In this document: positions 8,226-14,886 of the stretch, in pieces
Numbering within the stretch: position 1 is the stretch's first letter
Layout: every line of letters begins with the position of its first letter
From: Anaerolineae bacterium
GTDB taxonomy: Bacteria > Chloroflexota > Anaerolineae > S140-20
NCBI GenBank assembly: GCA_027021705.1
Contig: JALUTT010000030.1
Span: forward strand, 1 to 15,803
Reading direction: 5' to 3'
Length of the DNA stretch: 15,803 nt
Notes under the pieces: model-generated
What the model was told of the DNA's origin: nothing
Seen by the model: the letters and a program-made list of their open reading frames with translations, nothing else
The model's database searches: none
Translations under genes and position numbers: made by a program

Positions 8226-8239
8226 TGTAGACATCTACA
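8226..8239. promoter_or_regulatory. Palindrome TGTAGA-CA-TCTACA, candidate operator
   Basis: Perfect 6-2-6 AT-rich dyad in a GC-rich background, directly upstream of the RBS of the kinase at 8258. Confidence 0.35.
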
Positions 8240-8257
8240 TAGGGGAGGTTAGAGGCT

Positions 8258-9529
8258 ATGGCGGTTTTGGATCGCGGGTTTTCTAAGGGGAGTCAGATCG
8301 GCCCTTACGTCATCGTCGGACCGGTGGCCGGGGGGCACGGCGGGATGGCGACCGTCTACCGGGCTCGCCTGTACGGGCAGGGGGAGGTCGTCGCCCTGAA
8401 GGTCGCCCGGCCCGGCCTGGGCAGCTTCTTAAAAGACGAGACGGCCTTCCTGAAGGCGATGAGGCTGGAGCACCCTCACATCATCCGGGTCCTGCCGACG
8501 CCCATTGATGGCAGTTCCAGCGAGTACGTCGTCAAGGACCCCCAGAGCGGGCTCTGGTACTTTGCGATGGAGTACCTGGCCGGCGGGTCGCTGGATGACT
8601 GGCTCCGGCGGCGGAAGCGGCTGAGCCTGGCCCAAGCCGTGGAAGTCGTGCGCCAGGTGGGATCGGCCCTCGATGCCGCCCACCAGGCCGGTATCGTCCA
8701 CCTGGATGTGAAACCCAGCAACATCCTCTTCCGCAGCAAGCCGGAGAAGGGGAACCTCCACGCCGTGCTGACCGATTTCGGCATCGCCAGGACCGTCGGG
8801 GGACGGGGGGAGGCGGGGAGCTCCACCCTGACCATCGAGTACGCCTCGCCGGAGCAGGTGCGCCAGGCCCTGGGGGAGCCCACGGCCGTCGGGCCGTCGG
8901 CGGACCTCTACTCCCTGGCCGTCATCCTCTACGAGATGATCAGCGGACAGCTCCCCTTCGGCGAGGTCGAGAACGAGGTGACGGCGATGCACCGGATCAT
9001 CTACGAGGAGGTTCCCCTGCCGGTGCCCCACGGGCCGGAAGAGCTGACCCCCATCCTGGAGAGGGCGATGGCCAAGGATGCAGCGGCCCGCTTCCCCTCC
9101 TGCCGGGCCTTCGTGGCGGCCCTGGAATCGCTTCCGCCTTATCTCTTGCAGCGTCCCCCGGAGCCCCCGGAGCACCCGACGCGCCGGCTCCACCCGGCGC
9201 TCACCGTCGCGCTGGCGTTGGTGTTGGGAGCGGTCGGGGGGTTCCTCGCCGGGCGTGCGACGGTGCCGCCGCCTACTTCGACCCCGCCGGCCATCGTCAC
9301 GACGGTGGAGGTGACCCGCGTGGTGACGGCTACCCCCGCCTCCCTGTCGGAGCCCTCCGCCCTGGAACCTTTGGCGACTCCCAGGCCGGCGGCCACCGTG
9401 ACGATGGCTCCGACGAGGGCCGTCTCCACGCCGACCCGGCCGCCGACCTCGACGCCCGTTCCACCCACGGACACGCCGAGGCCTCGTCCCACCTCGGCCC
9501 CTCAGCCTACGCCCACACCGGGCGGGTGA
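8258..9529 (+). CDS. Membrane-anchored Ser/Thr protein kinase (non-RD) with Pro/Thr-rich C-terminal tail
   Basis: GGHGGMATVY, VALKV, FLKDE (alphaC Glu), FAMEYL, HLDVKPSNILF, LTDFG, EYASPEQ, ADLYSLAVILYEM. TM segment ALTVALALVLGAVGGFLAG. GGAGG RBS at 8244-8248. Confidence 0.93.
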   Translation: MAVLDRGFSKGSQIGPYVIVGPVAGGHGGMATVYRARLYGQGEVVALKVARPGLGSFLKDETAFLKAMRLEHPHIIRVLPTPIDGSSSEYVVKDPQSGLWYFAMEYLAGGSLDDWLRRRKRLSLAQAVEVVRQVGSALDAAHQAGIVHLDVKPSNILFRSKPEKGNLHAVLTDFGIARTVGGRGEAGSSTLTIEYASPEQVRQALGEPTAVGPSADLYSLAVILYEMISGQLPFGEVENEVTAMHRIIYEEVPLPVPHGPEELTPILERAMAKDAAARFPSCRAFVAALESLPPYLLQRPPEPPEHPTRRLHPALTVALALVLGAVGGFLAGRATVPPPTSTPPAIVTTVEVTRVVTATPASLSEPSALEPLATPRPAATVTMAPTRAVSTPTRPPTSTPVPPTDTPRPRPTSAPQPTPTPGG

Positions 9530-9699
9530 TTCGAAGGGATTACGAACATCCGGTGAAGGGGACAACAACGGATCGGCTCCCGGTTGCCGAGAGGTCCGTC
9601 CAGATCGGAGAAGGGCGCCATTCGTTGATTCGTTCAGAATCCGTTGACAAGGACATCCCAGAAGTTCGCAGAGTCGTAGGATATGCCGGAGGAGTGCTG

Positions 9700-10923
9700 A
9701 TGAGCAAAGCAGATCGAACCCCACCCATCGAGGCGGCCGTCCTGAGCGATCCGGGGGGACGCCGGCGCAACGAGGACACCGCCTACAATTGCGAAGAGAT
9801 GGTGGAAGCGGAACAGTTGGCGTCCCGGGGTCGCCTCTACATCGTCGCCGACGGCACGGGCGGTCAGGCAGGAGGGCAGACGGCCAGCCGTAGGGCTGTG
9901 GATGTGGTCGAAGAGTATTACTACGACGCCGACGGCGACCCCGGCGAGGACCTGAAGGCAGCCGTCGAGGAAGCTCATCAGGAACTCTATGCGAGGGCTC
10001 AGAGAAGACCTGCCTGGGCCAGGATGAGCACAACCTTCGTCGGGGCGGTCCTGTACCAGGGAACCCTCTACGTGGCCCACGTGGGCGACAGCCGGGCCTA
10101 CTTGATCCGCGACGGCCAGGCCCGCCTGCTGACCCGCGACCACGTCTGGTTGGAAGACGACGAGAACTACGGGGCGCTCACCCGTTGGTTGGGAGGGGAG
10201 GGGAAGCCGGAGGTCGAGGTGGACCTGACCACCGAATCCCTCCAAGAGGGAGACGTAATCGTGCTCTGTAGCGACGGCCTGACCGACGTGGTGGATGGCG
10301 AGGACATCCAACAGATCGTCACCCGGTATCCGGCGTCCAAGGCGGTCCATCGGCTTGTTGCCTTGGCCAAGCAGCGGGGCACGACGGACAACGTGTCGGT
10401 GGCCGTGATCCGCTACGGCGGGAAGCCGACGGCCCCGGCCGGCCGTGCGCTCTGGGCATGGGCCGGCCTGGCCTTCCTCGCCCTGACCGCAGTGGTGCTG
10501 GCCGTGGTGCTGCTGCGCCCCGGCAAAGAGGTAGGGGGAAACGGGGGGCCGGTTCGGGGAGATGATCAGACAAGGGGCACGGTCCCAGCGGCGACGCCGG
10601 TTCCTCCCACCCCCACGCTGTCCTCGGTGATCAAGGTCGAGAAGACGCCCACGCTGGCGGGAGCCTCTGCGCCGACGGCGACCGCTTCGCCGACGGCGGG
10701 CCCGACCCGACCGCCGACCTCGACGCCCGTCCCGGCGACGGACACGCCGACGCCACGCCCGACCCGCGCTGCCCCGCCCGTCCTGCCGACCCCGACGTCT
10801 CAGGCAACGGTGCCGGCCCCCACCCCGGTGCCTGGAGGCCCGCCGCCGCCACCGCCGCCGACCCAACCGCCGCTGCCACCGCCGACCCAGACGCCGTCAG
10901 AGGGAGGTAAGGAGGGAAAGTAG
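9700..10923 (+). CDS. PP2C/PPM-family Ser/Thr protein phosphatase with TM helix and Pro/Thr-rich tail
   Basis: Motifs RRNED, IVADGTGG, HVGDSRAY, LTRDH, VLCSDG, TDNVSV. TM segment LWAWAGLAFLALTAVVLAVVLL. The ATG at 9700 is preferred over the GTG at 9526 in the ORF track because GGAGGAG lies at 9688-9694 and this N-terminus has a length similar to the other PP2C. Confidence 0.9.
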   Translation: MSKADRTPPIEAAVLSDPGGRRRNEDTAYNCEEMVEAEQLASRGRLYIVADGTGGQAGGQTASRRAVDVVEEYYYDADGDPGEDLKAAVEEAHQELYARAQRRPAWARMSTTFVGAVLYQGTLYVAHVGDSRAYLIRDGQARLLTRDHVWLEDDENYGALTRWLGGEGKPEVEVDLTTESLQEGDVIVLCSDGLTDVVDGEDIQQIVTRYPASKAVHRLVALAKQRGTTDNVSVAVIRYGGKPTAPAGRALWAWAGLAFLALTAVVLAVVLLRPGKEVGGNGGPVRGDDQTRGTVPAATPVPPTPTLSSVIKVEKTPTLAGASAPTATASPTAGPTRPPTSTPVPATDTPTPRPTRAAPPVLPTPTSQATVPAPTPVPGGPPPPPPPTQPPLPPPTQTPSEGGKEGK

Positions 10924-11044
10924 GAGCACCGTGGAGAAGTACGCCGCGTTCACAAGAACCCGCCGGCCGCCTATGTCGGGTCGGTCCTAGCGGTGAGGAG
11001 ATGCTCCACCGGACAAGCCACGTTGGAGGGTATCTATTCAGCCT

Positions 11045-11141
11045 ACCCTTCCGCAGGTCACCGGTCGAGGGCGCTTTCGGCCCCGATAGGCTATTTGAAA
11101 CACGGTTTCGCGTTGGAAACACGCCTAACCTGCGGGAGGGT
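11045..11141. other. Intergenic structured element closed by a 14-bp stem (candidate cis-regulatory RNA or REP/MITE-like element)
   Basis: ACCCTTCCGCAGGT (11045-11058) pairs with ACCTGCGGGAGGGT (11128-11141): 13 Watson-Crick pairs plus one G-U. Internal hairpins are present. Confidence 0.5.
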
Positions 11142-11272
11142 GAACAGTTGGGTTGGAGGAAACTGCCTCTTGGCACAGGACGTAAGAGTCAGGGGGGAAG
11201 GGGGATCAGCCCGGCAGCCAGGACGGGACTCCGACGCTGCGAGGTCCTGTCATCGGTGCTAGGGAGGAAGGG

Positions 11273-12634
11273 ATGACACTCCAGAAGGGGCAGGTGCTGC
11301 AGGATCGCTATCGCGTGATCGAACCGTTGGGGGAAGGGGGGATGGGGGCCGTCTACAAGGCCTGGGATGCCCGGCTGGAGCTCTTCGTCGCCGTCAAGGA
11401 ACTGGTCCCCCAGCCGGGGTTGGATGCCCGGGCGCTGGACCAACTGCGCCGCCAGTTCCGCCGGGAGGCCACCGTCCTGGCCCGCCTGGACCATCCCCAC
11501 CTGGTCCGTGTGACGGACTTCTTCGAAGAGGGGGGAAACGTCTACTTGGTGATGAACCTGGTGGAAGGGGAGAGCCTAGCAGAGCGGATCGCCCGAGAGG
11601 GGCCGCTGCCGGAGGCGGAGGTCTTGATCTGGGCGGGGCAGTTGCTGGACGCCCTGGCCTACTGCCACCGGGCGGGCGTGGTGCACCGGGACGTGAAGCC
11701 CCAGAATGTGATCCTGCAGCAGGATGGACGGGCCGTACTGGTGGATTTCGGGCTGGTGAAGCTGTGGGACCCCCAGGACCCCCGCACGAGGACGGCGATT
11801 TGGGGGGCGACTATGGAGTACGCACCGCCGGAGCAACTGGGGCTGGGCGGGGGACACACCGATCCCCGCTCCGATCTCTATAGCCTGGGGGCGACCCTCT
11901 ACCACGCCCTGACGGGGCAGGCACCGCCGATGGCCACAGAACGGGTCGCGGAGCCGGAACGCTTCGTCCCGCCCAGGGCCGTGGTCCCGGGGATCGGCAA
12001 GCGGACGGAAGCGGCCGTGGTGAAGGCGCTTTCGCTGCCGATGGCGGAGCGGTTCCACAGCGCCGACGAAATGGCCCAGGCGCTGGGGGTGGCCACCGGA
12101 GAGGCGCCGGCGGGACGAGCACGCCGGCGAAAGGGCTTCCGGGCGTGGGGATGGGCGGCCGGCGCCCTGATCGTGCTGGGGGTGGTCGCGGGAGCCGTCC
12201 TCGGTACCGGGGGAAGGGGAGGGCGAGGGACACCGACGCCTTCGTCCGAGGCCGGGGCGACGTCGCCGGCAGTTCCGGCAGAGACCCGGGGCTCTCCCAC
12301 CCCTTCTGCGACGGTGACGGTCGTCCTTCTCCCGACGGCCACGGCGACGTCCACGGGGACCCCAACGCCGAGTCCGACGGCCACCAGGACGCCAACCTTC
12401 ACGCCGAGCCCTACGCTGACGCCGACGGTAACGCCACGGCCCACGGTGACGCCGATTCCGCCGACGGCCACGCCGACGCGCTTGCCGCCGACGGCCACGC
12501 CGGTCCCACCGCCGACCCAGCCGCCGCCACCACCGCCGACCCAGCCGCCGCCGCCGCCGACCCAGCCGCCGCCACCGCCGATATCCACCCCGCCACCACC
12601 AGTTGAACCAACTTCTACTCCACCACCGCCGTGA
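11273..12634 (+). CDS. Membrane-anchored Ser/Thr protein kinase (canonical RD type) with Thr/Pro-rich and poly-Pro tail
   Basis: LGEGGMGAVY, VAVKE, FRREA, HRDVKPQNV, LVDFG, EYAPPEQ, SDLYSLG. TM segment WGWAAGALIVLGVVAGAVLG. GGGAGG RBS upstream; double stop TGATGA. Confidence 0.95.
   Translation: MTLQKGQVLQDRYRVIEPLGEGGMGAVYKAWDARLELFVAVKELVPQPGLDARALDQLRRQFRREATVLARLDHPHLVRVTDFFEEGGNVYLVMNLVEGESLAERIAREGPLPEAEVLIWAGQLLDALAYCHRAGVVHRDVKPQNVILQQDGRAVLVDFGLVKLWDPQDPRTRTAIWGATMEYAPPEQLGLGGGHTDPRSDLYSLGATLYHALTGQAPPMATERVAEPERFVPPRAVVPGIGKRTEAAVVKALSLPMAERFHSADEMAQALGVATGEAPAGRARRRKGFRAWGWAAGALIVLGVVAGAVLGTGGRGGRGTPTPSSEAGATSPAVPAETRGSPTPSATVTVVLLPTATATSTGTPTPSPTATRTPTFTPSPTLTPTVTPRPTVTPIPPTATPTRLPPTATPVPPPTQPPPPPPTQPPPPPTQPPPPPISTPPPPVEPTSTPPPP
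12506..12580 (+). repeat. Coding tandem repeat, three copies of CCGCCGACCCAGCCGCCG (PPTQPP units)
   Basis: Three units spaced 24 and 21 nt apart. An exact 18-nt repeat CCGCCGACGGCCACGCCG precedes them at 12458-12475 and 12485-12502. Confidence 0.85.
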
Positions 12635-12678
12635 TGAGAGCACTGTCCGGTCTTCTGTAGCTTCTCGGAGGTGAAACG

Positions 12679-14883
12679 ATGAACAGCAACATTAGGGTGT
12701 TCGCATCCATGTTCCTTGCAATCGCACTGCTGCTCATCGCGCTAGCGGTCAGTACAGTTACAGCTCAGGGGCCTTCCGTCGAGGGTTCTCCTGGGCCCGC
12801 AGGGGTAACCAACCCTACCACAGTCTTGTACCAGGGTTACGTTACGGTGGAAGGCACACCGTACAATGGCACCGGGTACTTCAAATTCGCCATCGTCAAT
12901 GCTGCCAGCGATACCACATACTGGTCTAACGACGGTACCTCCAGTGGAGGGAGCCAGCCAAATGCAAGCGTACCCATCTCTGTGGACAATGGCTATTTCA
13001 CCGTTCTGCTGGGCGATACCTCTCTAAATGGTATGACCCAATCGTTGTCCCCCTCGGTCTTCGCTGGGGCGGGGCGGTATCTGCAAGTCTGGTTCGCTAC
13101 CTCTGCTCCTGGCCCCTTCACGCAGCTAAGCTTGTTGCCCATCACCGCCGCGCCCTATGCCCTAAACGCTGAGACATTGGATGGTTATGACAGTGATGCT
13201 TTTGCCACAGCCGATCACACCCACTGGGGGGAGGCATGGTTGGGCAATGGGACGGGATTGACCCTCTACAGTGATGACGGCACTGGCCTGTACAGCGCAA
13301 GAGGCGATGTGAGTATCTTCTGGGGTGCCTCGGGGGGACAAGCTATCTGGGGAGACAGCAGCAGTGCAGTCGGTTTGTACGGCACCAGTGACAGCAACTA
13401 TGGGGTGTACGGTATCAGTGGTTACAGTTACGGTGGCTATTTCTCGAGCACCTATTCCAGCGGTGTTAAGGCAGAAGGAGGCGAGGTAGGCCTGGTTGCC
13501 CGATCCTACTCCGCAAGTACGATTCGGCCGGCCGTGTATGGTGAGAACCGGGGCTTTGGTGCTGGCTTCGGGGTTGAAGGCTACAGCGCTGGTGGCATTG
13601 GCATCGTCGGGGAAAGTATCACGGGTACAGGAGTTGTCGGGATGGCCGGCTATGACAATGACGGCTTTATGGACGAGTCCCTACGCAACGACGTAGTCAA
13701 CGCACGGGCCGGAGTTTATGGGTGGAGTTCCAGCGGATACGGCGGCTACTTCACCAGCATATATGGCTGTGGAGTGTGCGGTACAAGTTACGACTTGGAC
13801 GGTGTGCGTGGTGTAAGCACCGGTGGTGATGTGGCCGACAATGGCGTATATGGCGAGACGAACAGTACTGATCCTGCAGAGGCCGGGGTTTACGGCTACA
13901 GCAGCAGCAGTGCTGCAGGCGTGAGAGGGGTTGGCAATGACATAGGTGTATATGGCTATGCCTTTGCGATCACAGGCACAACCACCGGAGGCTTTTTCCA
14001 GTCCGCCTCTGATGGCGGCCGGGGAGTCTATGGTTGGACCCCCGCCAACACGGGCAATACCTATGGGGTCGTCGGTGACTCTGCCTCATCTTCTGGAACG
14101 GGCGTATTCGGCCTTGCTAGCGCCACCACAGCAACCAACACTGGTGTGCTCGGCTATGCGAATGGCATTTACACCGACACGGCAGGGGTGAAGGGACTTG
14201 CAACTGCTACATCGGGTTATGCCACCTTTGGTGTATATGGTCGGTCTGACTCTAGTGGAGGGGCAGGGGTAATGGCTTATAACTATTGGTATGGTGTTGG
14301 CTTGCGCGCACAGAGCTACGGTGGCGACATCATCCAGGGTTACTCGGGAGACCCTTTCGCTCCGGACGAAGCATTGCGCTTCCGTGTAGACAACTCTGGT
14401 AATCTATGGGCCAGCGGCACCAAAAGTGCTATGGTGCAGACCCAAAATTACGGCTCCCGCAGCCTTTATGCCATCGAGAGCCCTGAAGTCTGGTTTGAGG
14501 ATTTTGGGACTGGGCAATTAGTCAATGGCGAAGCCACAGTGTTCTTCGACCCCATTTTCGCTCAGACGGTCAGCCTGACCGAAACCTATCATGTTTATCT
14601 AACTCCCCTGAGCGATGAGGCAGTTGTGCTCTTCGTAACGGAGAAAGGCCCAACCAGCTTCACTGTTCGTGGTGTCACACTGGACGGTCGGCCGGCAAAC
14701 GCGGCTTTCGACTACCGCATTGTTGCGAAGCGGCGGGGATACGAGAACGTGCGCCTGGAGCCACCACGGGCATCGCAGGTGTGGGCAGAAGGGACATCAC
14801 GGCCAAAATCGGGAGGGCCTGCGCTTCCACCGCTGCCTGAACGTCCGGAGATCCCTCCATATCCCCAGGAGGAAGGCAGGTGA
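12679..14883 (+). CDS. Secreted fibre/tailspike-like protein with GVYG-type repeats
   Basis: GGAGGTGA RBS at 12667-12674. Sec signal ending VTA-Q. N-terminal domain YQG...NG.F.V.LG...RYLQV...PYALNA.TLDG. About 28 G-hydrophobic-x-G/F/A repeats. C-terminal domain GTKSA...LYAIESPEVWFEDFG...FDYRIVAKR, of a kind I recognise from the ends of fibre and phage tail proteins. Lower GC than upstream genes. Confidence 0.75.
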   Translation: MNSNIRVFASMFLAIALLLIALAVSTVTAQGPSVEGSPGPAGVTNPTTVLYQGYVTVEGTPYNGTGYFKFAIVNAASDTTYWSNDGTSSGGSQPNASVPISVDNGYFTVLLGDTSLNGMTQSLSPSVFAGAGRYLQVWFATSAPGPFTQLSLLPITAAPYALNAETLDGYDSDAFATADHTHWGEAWLGNGTGLTLYSDDGTGLYSARGDVSIFWGASGGQAIWGDSSSAVGLYGTSDSNYGVYGISGYSYGGYFSSTYSSGVKAEGGEVGLVARSYSASTIRPAVYGENRGFGAGFGVEGYSAGGIGIVGESITGTGVVGMAGYDNDGFMDESLRNDVVNARAGVYGWSSSGYGGYFTSIYGCGVCGTSYDLDGVRGVSTGGDVADNGVYGETNSTDPAEAGVYGYSSSSAAGVRGVGNDIGVYGYAFAITGTTTGGFFQSASDGGRGVYGWTPANTGNTYGVVGDSASSSGTGVFGLASATTATNTGVLGYANGIYTDTAGVKGLATATSGYATFGVYGRSDSSGGAGVMAYNYWYGVGLRAQSYGGDIIQGYSGDPFAPDEALRFRVDNSGNLWASGTKSAMVQTQNYGSRSLYAIESPEVWFEDFGTGQLVNGEATVFFDPIFAQTVSLTETYHVYLTPLSDEAVVLFVTEKGPTSFTVRGVTLDGRPANAAFDYRIVAKRRGYENVRLEPPRASQVWAEGTSRPKSGGPALPPLPERPEIPPYPQEEGR
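13285..14316 (+). repeat. Degenerate protein-level repeat array (GVYG/GGYF-type units, mostly 9-15 aa spacing)
   Basis: GLYGTS, GVYGIS, GGYFSS, GVEGYS, GIVGES, GVYGWS, GGYFTS, GVRGVS, GVYGET, GVYGYS, GVYGYA, GGFFQS, GVYGWT, GVFGLA, GVLGYA, GVYGRS and others. Confidence 0.85.
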
Positions 14884-14886
14884 GCG

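Noticed and set aside
9644..9682. TTGACA as a sigma70 -35 box
   Set aside because: No -10 hexamer lies at 16-18 bp; the nearest TAGGAT is 27 bp away.
10990..11250. Cobalamin, c-di-GMP or c-di-AMP riboswitch, SRP RNA or tRNA-Sec identity for the structured spacer
   Set aside because: Only fragments resemble these (GCCAC, GAGTCAGG, CTTCCGC). The conserved cores and their order are missing.
10993..11276. Small ORFs 10993-11262 and 11001-11276 in the spacer
   Set aside because: No recognisable motifs or typical codon bias. GAGGAG directly abuts the ATG at 11001, too close for an RBS. A leader peptide cannot be strictly excluded.
12458..12600. Short direct repeats that could be mistaken for a CRISPR array
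   Set aside because: They are in-frame Pro/Thr/Gln codon repeats with no unique spacers, and no cas genes are present.
268..12643. Many long antisense or alternative-frame ORFs (e.g. 8429-10033, 9634-10866, 11576-12643, 11899-12588, 2902-3663)
   Set aside because: They are shadows of high-GC genes and P/T repeats, with Arg/Gly/Pro-rich translations and no recognisable motifs, overlapping well-supported genes.
12679..14883. Prophage tail gene
   Set aside because: The protein has a Sec signal peptide, and no other phage genes or att sites are visible.
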